Shown here one piece after another: positions 45,326-55,077 of a stretch of 64,000 nucleotides of DNA (its first letter is position 1; every line of letters starts with the position of its first letter). This DNA comes from an uncultured Acidobacteriaceae bacterium (GTDB taxonomy: Bacteria > Acidobacteriota > Terriglobia > Terriglobales > Acidobacteriaceae). The stretch spans positions 27,667 through 91,666 of the forward strand of contig CAZQDD010000008.1 of NCBI GenBank assembly GCA_964591805.1, given 5' to 3'. The notes beneath the pieces were generated by a model that had not been told where the DNA came from, searched no databases, and worked only from the letters and a program-made list of their open reading frames with translations. The translations under genes and the position numbers were made by a program.

Positions 45326-46807
45326 ATGAGTGTTCTTCAGGAGATACGCGAACTGCTTCGAAAACGTCTCTTGCAGTTGCTCACTCTAGCCGCACTGATG
45401 GCCGGGCTGGGAGGGTATTGCTTCACCCTCAAGTACTGCGTTCTTGACCTCGATCTCTGGTGGCATCTCGGAGTTGGCAATTGGATACTCCAACATCATT
45501 GCGTCCCTCGAACAGGAATCCTTTCGCATACTGCGGCCAGCCGTCCGTGGGTGGCCTATAGCTGGGGATATGAAGTGCTGCTCTCGCTCACCTATCGATG
45601 GTTTGGGCTTCTCGGAGTTGGCCTCCTCGGTGTGTTGCTGACCCTCTTAGTGGCCGGTTGCGTGTACTGGATGCTGCATCGGCTCTCCGGCCGCTTCTGG
45701 GTGGCAACCCCGCTTGCCGTCGTCACCTGTTGGGCGTTTCTCTTTTCCCTGATGCCCAGGCCGGTGTTCTTTTCCATGGTCCTATTCATGGTCACACTTA
45801 CCCTGATTCTGGAAGCTCAGCGCAGCGGCAGGGTGCAAACGCTTTACTGGCTGCCGCTCATCTTTGCACTGTGGGCGAACGTTCACATCCAGTTTATCTA
45901 CGGACTTTTTCTGCTTGGCCTGTTCGTCGCGGTCAACCTGCTGCAACGCCTGGCGGACAGGCTGGCGGTCACGCCCACGTTTGTTCTGCGCCCGTCGCTT
46001 GCGCTCAAACCGTTGGCCGCAATCTTCGCCATTTGCCTCCTGGCCACCTGCATCGGGCCGTACTCGTTTCACCTGTACCAGGTGATCTTCGAGTACTCAA
46101 AGTCCAAGCTTCCCTACGAGATGATCAGGGAGTTGCAACCACTCAATTTTCGCTTTGGCGCTCATTACGCACAGCTCCTATTGGCCGCTGCGGGGTTCTT
46201 CGCCGTCGGATATCAGAAGAGACTGGACCCTTTCAAGTTGGCCCTGCTGATCATTGCCAGCGTCGTCGCCTTCCGCACCATGCGCGATTCCTGGTTCCTC
46301 TGTATTCCGGCAGCGGCCTGCATCGCCGATTTTCCGGTTGAAGACGCCCGCCGCGATCCGGCGGAAACTCCCGTTGAATTGGCCGGCTTGGCGGCCGTCG
46401 TCTTCGTGTTGTTACTGCTGTTCGCGCACAACACCGACTTCAACACCCGCGGCCTTGATGCGGCGATCAGCAGCCAGTTTCCGGTGCGGGCCGTTAACTT
46501 CCTGAGGCAAAATCCTCCCCCGGGGCCGCTCTACAACGATCTTAACTTCGGCGGCTTTCTTATCTGGTACATGCCGGATTATCCAGTGGCGATCGACGGA
46601 CGCAACGACCTCTACGGAGACGAGTTGGATCACAGGTTTTTCAGCTCGGCGAACGGGAACAAATCCTATGCGAGCGATCCTTACCTGAACCAGGCAGGCG
46701 TGGTGCTGCTGGGTAAGGACGTACCCCTGGTCAATCTCTTGAAGATCGACCCGCGTTTCACAATCATCTACGAAGATCGCATCGCCGCGGTTTTTGTCCG
46801 CAGGTAG
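45326..46807 (+). CDS. Polytopic membrane protein, GT-C-like paralogue family (short form)
   Basis: Motifs are LDLDLWWHLGVGNWILQHHCVP and NDLNFGGFLIWYMPDYPVAIDGRNDLYGD. It is colinear with 38375..39901. I trimmed the track ORF (45176) to the ATG at 45326 (MSVLQEIREL...). Confidence 0.75.
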   Translation: MSVLQEIRELLRKRLLQLLTLAALMAGLGGYCFTLKYCVLDLDLWWHLGVGNWILQHHCVPRTGILSHTAASRPWVAYSWGYEVLLSLTYRWFGLLGVGLLGVLLTLLVAGCVYWMLHRLSGRFWVATPLAVVTCWAFLFSLMPRPVFFSMVLFMVTLTLILEAQRSGRVQTLYWLPLIFALWANVHIQFIYGLFLLGLFVAVNLLQRLADRLAVTPTFVLRPSLALKPLAAIFAICLLATCIGPYSFHLYQVIFEYSKSKLPYEMIRELQPLNFRFGAHYAQLLLAAAGFFAVGYQKRLDPFKLALLIIASVVAFRTMRDSWFLCIPAAACIADFPVEDARRDPAETPVELAGLAAVVFVLLLLFAHNTDFNTRGLDAAISSQFPVRAVNFLRQNPPPGPLYNDLNFGGFLIWYMPDYPVAIDGRNDLYGDELDHRFFSSANGNKSYASDPYLNQAGVVLLGKDVPLVNLLKIDPRFTIIYEDRIAAVFVRR

Positions 46808-46843
46808 AGTCCAGATTGTCCGGAGCCTCGCCGCCTGGAATAT

Positions 46844-49174
46844 TCAACGCAAGTTCGATTTCACCTGGCCTTCGCCAAGCTTCGCCGCATTTTCGCGCGC
46901 TCGTTGCGCATCTTCGATTCGGCCTTCAGACTCGTACAACTGGGCGAGTTCAAACCAATCGTCGGCGCGATCGGGAGCAAGCCGCACCACATCTTCTTCG
47001 AACACGATTGCCTGCCTGGAGTTCCGGAGACCGATCCAGGCCATTGCCCTGCCGTGGGCAAGGTTGGCATAGAAAGACTTGTTTTGTTCTATTCCAGCGG
47101 GAGCAACGTCAAGTGCGCGATCGAATGCCTTCAGCGCTTCCTGGGGGCGCTGTTCACCAAGATAGTCGTACCCAATGGAAAGCAGACTCGAGTACCGGTC
47201 TGAGGCCAGATCAGCGACATGTTCCCAAGCTACGATGGCCTCGCCCAACCTTCCTTCCCTCTCATACATCTCCGCCAAAGCTGTCCAAACAGGAGCCTTT
47301 GGGGTGAGCGCTGCCGCCAGGAGATATTCCGATTCCGCAGCACGCGCGTTTCCGGTTTCGGCAAACAGGTTGCCGCGCAGAAAGTGTAGGTAAGAGCTGT
47401 CTGGAAAGATGGCTAACGCACTTGTTGTTGCCGTAAAGGCCTCTGACCTGCGTCCCAAGGCAGACAAAACAGAGGCGGCGTTCGCCCACTGATTAAAGGC
47501 TTTGCTGCCGGACTGCGCAGGGATGACCGCCGGCAAAGGTGCGGTGCCGCAATCGACCTGAGCGCGCTGAATAAGCCCCTCGGTCTCGGGCGCCCGCCGG
47601 ACAAAAACCGCGGAGACTTCGTCCAGATAAACCGGCCGCCAGGTTTCACTTGCGCAGAACTGGCGAAGAACCGGAAAGAACTGCAACGCATCGTATCGTC
47701 CCAGGGGAACGATGATGGCGTACATTCCATAATGCTCTGCTTCATTTTGCCAGGCGGGCGAAGCCGGCAAAGATCCCAGCAGATCACCGCTTCGCCGCAC
47801 CAGTTCCATCCCAAAAGGATCGCCGCGCCCGTCAACATAGTCACGGTGTTTGGGCCCGAGTCTCCACGCAATATAGCCGCCCTCGTCGTAGCTGTTGAAG
47901 ATCTGTTCTGGAATGTTTTCCCGCTCTATGAAAGACGCAGCGCCCTCGGGAAACCACCAGGACAGTCCGGTTCCGAACGATGCCAGGTTGGTGTCCATCA
48001 GGTAAGTCCGGTCAGAAATCACGTCGGCCGACCATGCACATGTGAACACAACGGCGAGGCAACACAATCCAACCTTGAGGATCACCTTGATGCGTGAATC
48101 GCGGATCGCGTTCTGCCAGGTACGCCAGGCCGATGTCAGCACGGCGCTCCCGATCACGACCAGGACCACGCTGAACAAGGCCTGAAACCGCACATGACGA
48201 ATCCCGAGAAAAGCTGCGCCGCCGAGCAGCAAGGCTGGTCCAGGTTGCCGGCGCAATAATGCCAGGGGAATGGCAAAAGCAGCCACCAATAGCAGCAAAA
48301 GAAAACTGTCGGGATTGCGTGGGGACAGCCCGGCGAGAACGCTGGTCCAGTTCAAATTCGCCGGAGCCCATTCGGCGATGGAGATGGCCGCAGACTGAGT
48401 CGTCATAGGAGCCATGAACCCGAGCATTTGTGAGTAGATCCGCCAGCCCCACGGGTTAACAAAAGTCGCGGCGAATGTGGCCACCAGCCACGGCCACGAG
48501 CTTCGCAGCCGGTGCCGCGCAGCTTGGCGCCGTTCGGGCCACACCATGTCAAAGCATTCGAGCAGAACGTATCCGCCCAGTAGCGCCAATCCTGCGGCAA
48601 GCCCCAGGTGCAAGTTGACCCATGCGATCATCAGGGCCGGCAAAAGCCACAGGCGGGCCCGCCCGCTCTCATGCTGCTGCCAAATCAAGCTCAGAAAAGT
48701 GGCAAATAGCAGCAGCGTAAACATATCGGCTCGAGGGTTTGTGTGTACCGCAATCAGTGGGACTGCCAGAATCGCTAATCCAACGCTGATCAGTGAACCC
48801 CGCCGCAGCAAGAGGGCAACAGTCCCGGCGCAGACCACAGCTCCAAGCCAAGACAACAACGAATATCCGCCCAGGAGATAGAGAGCATAAAAGAACAATG
48901 CAGAGCCAACCGGATAAATCCAGGGCTGGCCTTGGGCTGTGTACGAGAGCACGTCCGTCGCGGGGATCTGGTGGTGTTGAGCAATCCATCTCCCGGTTGC
49001 CAACTGCCAGCCGAGGTCATATTGGGTAAGGGTCCGCAGACCCGTCAGCAACGCGTAACCCAGCGCAACCACGCAGAGCAGAAGGTGCAGGTTCCGGTCC
49101 AGGGGAAGACCCTGCGGGCTCGCCGCAGCCGAACTGTTGTGCCCGGTCAGGATTTGCTCTGAAGTTGTTTCCAT
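46844..49174 (-). CDS. Polytopic membrane protein with a C-terminal TPR domain, GT-C-like paralogue family (long form, intact)
   Basis: Motifs are QYDLGWQLATGRWIAQHHQIPATDVLSYT and FNSYDEGGYIAWRLGPKHRDYVDGRGDPFG. The C-terminal 250 aa or so are TPR-like. It is the full-length counterpart of the interrupted 25377..27692. The start is at 49174 (METTSEQ) or 49207. Confidence 0.75.
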   Translation of the reverse strand: METTSEQILTGHNSSAAASPQGLPLDRNLHLLLCVVALGYALLTGLRTLTQYDLGWQLATGRWIAQHHQIPATDVLSYTAQGQPWIYPVGSALFFYALYLLGGYSLLSWLGAVVCAGTVALLLRRGSLISVGLAILAVPLIAVHTNPRADMFTLLLFATFLSLIWQQHESGRARLWLLPALMIAWVNLHLGLAAGLALLGGYVLLECFDMVWPERRQAARHRLRSSWPWLVATFAATFVNPWGWRIYSQMLGFMAPMTTQSAAISIAEWAPANLNWTSVLAGLSPRNPDSFLLLLLVAAFAIPLALLRRQPGPALLLGGAAFLGIRHVRFQALFSVVLVVIGSAVLTSAWRTWQNAIRDSRIKVILKVGLCCLAVVFTCAWSADVISDRTYLMDTNLASFGTGLSWWFPEGAASFIERENIPEQIFNSYDEGGYIAWRLGPKHRDYVDGRGDPFGMELVRRSGDLLGSLPASPAWQNEAEHYGMYAIIVPLGRYDALQFFPVLRQFCASETWRPVYLDEVSAVFVRRAPETEGLIQRAQVDCGTAPLPAVIPAQSGSKAFNQWANAASVLSALGRRSEAFTATTSALAIFPDSSYLHFLRGNLFAETGNARAAESEYLLAAALTPKAPVWTALAEMYEREGRLGEAIVAWEHVADLASDRYSSLLSIGYDYLGEQRPQEALKAFDRALDVAPAGIEQNKSFYANLAHGRAMAWIGLRNSRQAIVFEEDVVRLAPDRADDWFELAQLYESEGRIEDAQRARENAAKLGEGQVKSNLR

Positions 49175-49519
49175 GTTTTCCACAACGCGCAGAATAATTC
49201 CAAACAATAAGCAGCCTTGCTGCCAAACACAAACGCCGCCGCCAACTTCCGGTGGAGTTCCTATCTTCAGTAGTTTACGACGAATCGCGGGATTAACCTG
49301 TTGGCTGCGGCCAATCCTTCTGCGGCGGCTCGCGCGGTTCTCAAGGAACTTTGGCTCATGTCAATCACCCAGCGGCGCAACTCGACCTTTGGGGCATCTC
49401 GCGCACAGGCTGCGCTAGAAGCCGTAAAATCCGGCGTCGCAGTCTGCTCGTCCCCGGACACGCTTCACGTATGTTATTCATAACATGAGACTAGAAGTGT
49501 TCTTTTTGAGCAGCGCCTT

Positions 49520-49535
49520 TGGCAGCCGAAGTGCT
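49520..49535 (+). promoter_or_regulatory. Candidate sigma-54 promoter: TGGCAG-N5-GTGCT
   Basis: GG at 49521-49522 and GC at 49533-49534 have canonical spacing. It lies in the 500-nt divergent intergenic region, about 140 nt upstream of the TPR gene 49676. Confidence 0.35.
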
Positions 49536-49675
49536 ACTCTCATCACCAAGTAAGTTCGCGCGCCACCATCACCGTGCCATCCGTGAGCATTTGCCTGCGT
49601 AGACGGCAGCGCCACCGAGTTCAAAGCGGCCATATTTGCCACCAGCCCGCGGACATCCTTAGGAGTTACTGAAAG

Positions 49676-50332
49676 ATGGAAAATCAACCCCCCACCGCCA
49701 GTGTCGAGTGGACCTCGACAAAGGTCTATACCCTTGGTGTGATCTGCCTGGCACTCGGAGTCGCTCTAGGCGCACTGTTCCACGGTCCGGCCCAGCCATC
49801 GCCTGTCCCTGCGGCCATCGTTGCATCCGATCAGCAGATACCACCTGGCGCCGGGCAGATGCCTCCGCCGTCCGCCTCGGGAAATCCCCATGCGATGTCA
49901 CCGAGCCTGGTCAAGGATCCTGCGCTTGAGAAACTCAAGAGCGATCCCAATAATTTCGATTTGCTCTCGCAGGCTGGAAATGCAGAAATGAAGGCCAATG
50001 ACCCGAAGTCGGCGGAAGGCTACTACATCCACGCGCTTAACGTGAAGGATGATCTGGACGTTCGCATCAACCTGGCAAATGCATATTTCCGGGCGGACGA
50101 CGCCGATCAGTCCCTGGCGGAGCTGGCGAAAGTGCTTAAGGTGGATCCCAGGAACGATAAGGCCCTTTACAACACGGGAATGGTGCGGCTGCTAGGCAAA
50201 AACGATCCGAACGGCGCCATCGCCGTCTGGCAAACCTTTTTGAAATACCACCCGGACCATCCCCATAAAGCCCAAGTGCAGGAGATGATCAAGCGGGTAC
50301 AGAACGCAACCAGACTCAAAGCCCAGGGATGA
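49676..50332 (+). CDS. TM-anchored TPR protein (CcmH/NrfG-like cytochrome c biogenesis accessory architecture)
   Basis: A single TM segment (VYTLGVICLALGVALGALF) is followed by a Pro-rich linker and TPR repeats. It sits directly upstream of resB-ccsA and is a paralogue of 22297..22977. Confidence 0.6.
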   Translation: MENQPPTASVEWTSTKVYTLGVICLALGVALGALFHGPAQPSPVPAAIVASDQQIPPGAGQMPPPSASGNPHAMSPSLVKDPALEKLKSDPNNFDLLSQAGNAEMKANDPKSAEGYYIHALNVKDDLDVRINLANAYFRADDADQSLAELAKVLKVDPRNDKALYNTGMVRLLGKNDPNGAIAVWQTFLKYHPDHPHKAQVQEMIKRVQNATRLKAQG

Positions 50333-50729
50333 GCAGGTCCTCGCGCCAGGCGCAACCCTTGCGAGCAGTATCGGTTGCGTGGCAGCGTTCCTGGGCGCTT
50401 CGCGGGACAATGCAAAAACTCGCCATGGCCGCCTACCCGCCGCCGGGTGATTTCCAGCCCACCGCGGGCCTTGCGCAGGAGATAAAGTAATATCAAAGGG
50501 GCGGGAATTCACCTTCAGGCCAGCCGGTCCCAGGGTGGAAGTGGGCTCAGCCAGGCTGGCAAGAGCTGGATTCCAGGATGTGGATTTACGCTCATCGTTT
50601 GGAATCATGAGTGAACACACTCGAAAATCGGCGATTGATGCGCGATATGCCCCATGATTGGTCCGGAAATATAACTTTGCAATCTACATAATTCACTCGA
50701 AACAAACCGCTTGCTCGGTAGGTCGCAAT

Positions 50730-50745
50730 TGGCCCACCAGTTGCA
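50730..50745 (+). promoter_or_regulatory. Candidate sigma-54 promoter: TGGCCC-N5-TTGCA
   Basis: TGGCCCACCAGTTGCA matches the TGGCAC-N5-TTGCA consensus at 10 of 11 fixed positions with correct spacing. It lies 39 nt upstream of the resB ATG. Confidence 0.55.
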
Positions 50746-50783
50746 ATTCAAGATTTGTGCTGTTCAAGGAGCAGGAGCCCGGC

Positions 50784-52241
50784 ATGGGTTTGAAGTCAAT
50801 CTGGACCAAGTTGTATCAAACGCTCGCTTCCGTACGAACGGGTATCTTCCTCATTATCATAGTGGGTGTTTTCTCTGCCATTGGCACGGTCATTTTGCAG
50901 CGTCCCACCTCGGAGCCCGAAGATGTGCAGCGCGCATATTCACCGGAGACCCTGATGTGGCTCGACCGTCTCGGTCTCACCGATATTTTCCATGCCTGGT
51001 GGTTCCTGCTCTTACTGTCATTATTCTGTGTCTGCCTGATTTTCGTTTCGGTGGACCACTGGCCGAATTCCTGGAAGGTCTACTCCAAGCCCATCCGTTT
51101 CGCCGAGCCTCACTTCCGCGCCAGCCTGCCCCGCACGGTAAAGATCGCAGTGACCGATGAAGCCGGCGCGCTGACGGTTGCCGAACGCGTGTTGAGCCGC
51201 TTCGGTTTCAAACCGGAACGGGTGACTGAAAATGGTGCCACCGGGATATACGCCGAAAAGCAGCGCTATTCTGTCTTTGCCGTTTACCTGGTACACCTGA
51301 GCCTGCTCTGCATTTTTGCCGGATACATCGTGGATGGCATCGTGGGTTATCGCGGCAACATCATGGTCCCGGAGGGACAGGCCCTCGGGCAGATCACCTT
51401 GCGGGATGACCGGGGCGGCCAGAGCAAGAAGACGCTTCCGTTCCTCATTCGTTGTGATGGCGCCGGGGAAGAGACCTACGCCGACGGCAGCCCGAAAAAA
51501 TGGTGGTCCAAGCTGGCGCTGATCGAAGGTGGCAAGCAGGTTGCCGCCAAAACGATCGTGGTGAATGACCCCTTCGTGTACCACGGAATTCGGATTTATC
51601 AGGCGAGCATGGGACAGTCGAGCACACCCAGAACCCTCACCTTCGCGGCAACGCCAACCAGCGGGGGAGAAGCGGCGCCAGTCGAGGTTCCTTTGAATGG
51701 CAAGGCGGTGCTGGCCGACGGTGAGAGCCTTAGCGTGCTGCGCTGGGTTCCTGATTACTATGTTCAGGATAACGAGGTCTACAAAAAGTCCGACGAGCCG
51801 GAGAATCCGGCGGTCCAGCTTGGCCTGACCAACGCCAAGGGTGAGACCAGGAAACTCTGGATCCTCTATTCGCAGTTGAACAGCACCAAGGGACAAGATG
51901 CGCCCTATGAGTTTGCACTCAAGAGCGCAACATGGGAGAAATACACGGGCCTGGAGGTTTCACACCAGCCCGGGCAGTATGGAGTCTGGATAGGCGTCGT
52001 GCTGATGGCCTGCGGCTTAGTGATCGCCTTCTATACCCAGCATGTCCGCATCTGGGCCGCGATCGCCGATGACGGCAAGGGCGGAAAGCTCCTCTGGGTG
52101 GGTGGCACGACCAACAAGAACCGCGACCGCTTCCAGGTAAAGTTTGAGCAGATCAAGACGGCGCTGCAAGAGGAGCTCGGCGGAGCCACCTCCAAGGCCG
52201 GCCAAAAGAATCATGAAGAGAAGACGCTGACCCAGGCATAG
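50784..52241 (+). CDS. resB: Cytochrome c biogenesis protein ResB/Ccs1 (system II)
   Basis: [39 protein letters not shown] is a typical ResB N-terminus. There is a large periplasmic domain and a C-terminal TM segment. It is followed by ccsA. I trimmed the track ORF (50658) to the ATG at 50784. Confidence 0.8.
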   Translation: MGLKSIWTKLYQTLASVRTGIFLIIIVGVFSAIGTVILQRPTSEPEDVQRAYSPETLMWLDRLGLTDIFHAWWFLLLLSLFCVCLIFVSVDHWPNSWKVYSKPIRFAEPHFRASLPRTVKIAVTDEAGALTVAERVLSRFGFKPERVTENGATGIYAEKQRYSVFAVYLVHLSLLCIFAGYIVDGIVGYRGNIMVPEGQALGQITLRDDRGGQSKKTLPFLIRCDGAGEETYADGSPKKWWSKLALIEGGKQVAAKTIVVNDPFVYHGIRIYQASMGQSSTPRTLTFAATPTSGGEAAPVEVPLNGKAVLADGESLSVLRWVPDYYVQDNEVYKKSDEPENPAVQLGLTNAKGETRKLWILYSQLNSTKGQDAPYEFALKSATWEKYTGLEVSHQPGQYGVWIGVVLMACGLVIAFYTQHVRIWAAIADDGKGGKLLWVGGTTNKNRDRFQVKFEQIKTALQEELGGATSKAGQKNHEEKTLTQA

Positions 52242-52273
52242 AGTCCGGGGCCAACCTAAGGAGTTATAAAGTT

Positions 52274-53686
52274 ATGTCAGACGCACACGTGGAACCGCAG
52301 CGCCCGGCCAGTGGAGCCACCCTGCTGGTTCTGGTAGGACTGGGAATTGCCTTCGCGTTGCTGGTGGCGCTGCTGGCTGCGGCCAAGACGCACTCCGGCC
52401 CCATCTATGGCGAGGCAAATATGCTCTATGCGGCGCTGGTTCTGTACACCGGCGCGGCAACCCTCTACATGGGATACGGTGTGACGGGGATCGAACGCTA
52501 CGTCAGCGCCGCCTCGCTGCTGACAGCGCTTGGCTTTATCGCCAATACGGCCGCCGTGGCGCATCGTTGGTCGGTGGCTGGCCGTCCGCCATTCTCCAAC
52601 ATGTATGAGATGTTGCTCAGCTTCGTCTGGACCCTCGCCTTGCTGACGCTGATTGCCGAGCGCGCCTACAAGGTCAAGATCATCGGATCGATCACCATGC
52701 CAATTACCGTGGTCTCCGTGATTCTCATGCAGCTGCTGCCAAGCGACGTGCGGCCCCTGGTTCCGGCGCTGCAGTCCACCTGGTTGCAGGTGCATGTGAC
52801 CCTCGCCATGCTCTCCTACGCGGCCTGCGCGGTCAGCTTTGCGCTGGCCCTGATGTTCCTGATCCAGGACAACATGAAGACCGAATCATTCCAGGCGTTG
52901 ACTTCCGCGGGAATGGTTGCGATCTACGCAGCGATGCTGCTGACGCGCTTCCGCTCGGGCGCCCTTGGGGTGACCGCCTACGATCTGGAAGCCAAGACCG
53001 AAGTGATGGTTTCACGCGGCCATCCGCTGTTCATTCAAATTCCCGACCTGGGCTGGCTTTACCTGCTGGTTCTGCTCTCGGCGCTGGCGCCCCTGGCACT
53101 TTACATTGTGGGGCAACTCAAGAAGGATGCCTCGTGGTTCGACGTTGCCAGCAAGGGCATGTTTGTCACCCTGATGCTGCAAGCGGCAGGGCTGGCAATC
53201 TTTGTCGCCCGCGTCAAGCACGGCCAGTACGGCGCGCCCGAGGCAGACGGCCTCTACTCGACCGCCTTGCCGGCCAATCCTTTCCTGCTCGCGGGCATGG
53301 TGGGCAGCATCGTTGCCGGTCTGCTCTACCTGCTGCTCCTGTGGAGGCGTGAAGGGTTGCAGAGAATGATGCCATCGGCCAACGATCTGGACCGCGTCAC
53401 TTACAAGATCATCTGCATCGCCTTCCCGCTGCTGACCTTGATGATCGCCGCCGGAGCCTATTGGGCGAACCAGGCGTGGGGAAGCTACTGGAGTTGGGAT
53501 CCGAAGGAAACCTGGGCGGCCATCACCTGGCTGGTCTACGCCGGCTACCTGCACATGCGCATCACCCGGGGTTGGAAGGGCCGCCGCGCAGCGTGGTTTG
53601 CCATCCTGGGTTTTGCCGTGGTCATCTTCACCTTCTTCGGCGTTACCTATCTGCTGCCTGGTCTGCATGCCTACGCTGCGGGCTAA
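52274..53686 (+). CDS. ccsA: Cytochrome c biogenesis protein CcsA/ResC (system II haem-handling protein)
   Basis: Polytopic, with the WWD-domain signature [26 protein letters not shown] near the C-terminus. AAGGAG lies upstream. Confidence 0.85.
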   Translation: MSDAHVEPQRPASGATLLVLVGLGIAFALLVALLAAAKTHSGPIYGEANMLYAALVLYTGAATLYMGYGVTGIERYVSAASLLTALGFIANTAAVAHRWSVAGRPPFSNMYEMLLSFVWTLALLTLIAERAYKVKIIGSITMPITVVSVILMQLLPSDVRPLVPALQSTWLQVHVTLAMLSYAACAVSFALALMFLIQDNMKTESFQALTSAGMVAIYAAMLLTRFRSGALGVTAYDLEAKTEVMVSRGHPLFIQIPDLGWLYLLVLLSALAPLALYIVGQLKKDASWFDVASKGMFVTLMLQAAGLAIFVARVKHGQYGAPEADGLYSTALPANPFLLAGMVGSIVAGLLYLLLLWRREGLQRMMPSANDLDRVTYKIICIAFPLLTLMIAAGAYWANQAWGSYWSWDPKETWAAITWLVYAGYLHMRITRGWKGRRAAWFAILGFAVVIFTFFGVTYLLPGLHAYAAG

Positions 53687-53705
53687 TCCGGATTTCTGAG
53701 TTCCC

Positions 53706-53739
53706 GGCCGCCGCGCTGAGTCGCGTCGGCCCTTTTTTT
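53706..53739 (+). terminator. Rho-independent terminator after ccsA
   Basis: ggccgccgcg, loop ctgagt, then cgcgtcggcc (one mismatch), followed by a run of seven T residues (53733-53739). Confidence 0.75.
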
Positions 53740-53935
53740 GCCATGGCCGGCGCGCCTGCCGGAACGTCGGCAACCACGCTGCGCGAAGCATTCTGGCTGG
53801 CTAATTCCGCCCCTGGGGCAGCCATTTCTGACCGTCGCTTTCCACCGCGATTTTCCGCATCCGGTGGAATGACTTTGCTTTTCGCGGTTGCGCCCGGATA
53901 ATGGAACCAGCTTTGTACTCTCCGAGGAGATCCCG

Positions 53936-54991
53936 GTGGGCCGACTTCGCCTGAACTGGCAAATCAAGACGTTGTTGCCGGTGGCGCTGGTGATGATCAA
54001 CGGATTGCTGCTGTTCATGCTGGTGACCCTTACCTTGCAGGACCCGGCGCGCAATCAGGTCCTGGCCGTGGCCGCTGCCGGCGGCATCGTAATCTGTGCC
54101 GTTCTCTTCATGGTGCTCGCGGTTGTGATCCATCGTCCCATGGTGGAGTTGCAAGCAAAAATGGCGCGGGTGCGTTCCGGCGATCTGTTTGTGAATGTGG
54201 GCTTTGCCGGCCGCAACGATGAAATCGGCGACCTCGGCCGGCACTTCAACGAAATGGTGCAGCAGCTGCGCGAGAGCCGCGAGGAGATTGAGCGGCTGCA
54301 CCGTACTCAGATGTCCCGCGCCGAGCATCTTTCGACCTTGGGCGAGATGGCCGCTGGATTGGCCCACGAGATTCGCAACCCCCTGGCCGGCATCGCCGGG
54401 GTCATGGAAATTGTCGGGCGCGACTTACCCCCCAATTCCGCCGCGATCAGCGTGCTGGGCGAGGTCCGGCACGAGGTGGTTCACATCAACAAGATCGTCA
54501 GCGAACTGCTGGAGATTGCGCGTCCCAAGCCGCCGGTCTTCCGGCTGGCAAACCTGGTGTCGGTGGCCGAGCACGCCGCCCTGTTCGCACGCGATCAGGC
54601 GGCGGCCAGGAAAGTAACATTGGAAGTGATCAGGAACGAAGTGCTCCCGAACCTGGAATTTGATAGTGGACAGATCCATCAGGTGCTGCTGAACCTGGTG
54701 TTGAATGCGGTCCAGGCCTGCGGTGAAGGCGGCAGTGTCCGCGTCGAGTTCTCGTCCGATGAACGTACGGTCACCGTGACCGTGGCCGACACGGGGAAGG
54801 GAATTCCGCCGGCCGTACTGCCGAATATCTTCCGGCCCTTCTTTACTACCAAGGGAAACGGCACCGGCTTGGGGCTCTCCCTGGCGCGCCGCATCGTGGA
54901 GGATCACGGAGGGCGGCTTGAAGCCACCAGCGAACTGGACAAGGGAAGTGAATTCACATTGGTCCTCCCGAAAACCAGACCAACCGAGTGA
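53936..54991 (+). CDS. Sensor histidine kinase (2 TM, HAMP, HisKA, HATPase_c)
   Basis: Two TM helices are separated by a roughly 9-residue loop. A HAMP-like region (DEIGDLGRHFNEMV) is followed by the H-box LAHEIRNPL and the N/G boxes LLNLVLNAVQA, DTGKGI and GTGLGLS. The proposed GTG start at 53936 follows GAGGAG; the track start is 53888. Confidence 0.85.
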   Translation: MGRLRLNWQIKTLLPVALVMINGLLLFMLVTLTLQDPARNQVLAVAAAGGIVICAVLFMVLAVVIHRPMVELQAKMARVRSGDLFVNVGFAGRNDEIGDLGRHFNEMVQQLRESREEIERLHRTQMSRAEHLSTLGEMAAGLAHEIRNPLAGIAGVMEIVGRDLPPNSAAISVLGEVRHEVVHINKIVSELLEIARPKPPVFRLANLVSVAEHAALFARDQAAARKVTLEVIRNEVLPNLEFDSGQIHQVLLNLVLNAVQACGEGGSVRVEFSSDERTVTVTVADTGKGIPPAVLPNIFRPFFTTKGNGTGLGLSLARRIVEDHGGRLEATSELDKGSEFTLVLPKTRPTE

Positions 54992-55077
54992 ATCGGGCAC
55001 GGGGAACCTGCGAAAGCCTCCACCGGATATGCTCTTCCGTGATAATCTCAAGAACCGATTTCGGGTAACCGATCTAG

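Noticed and set aside
54425-55051. The sigma-54-like string TGGAATGACTTTGCT upstream of the kinase gene (about 53868), and several TGG...GC strings upstream of the 16-haem gene.
   Set aside because: The GG-to-GC spacing is off by one nucleotide or the -12 GC is missing, so these were not called as promoters.
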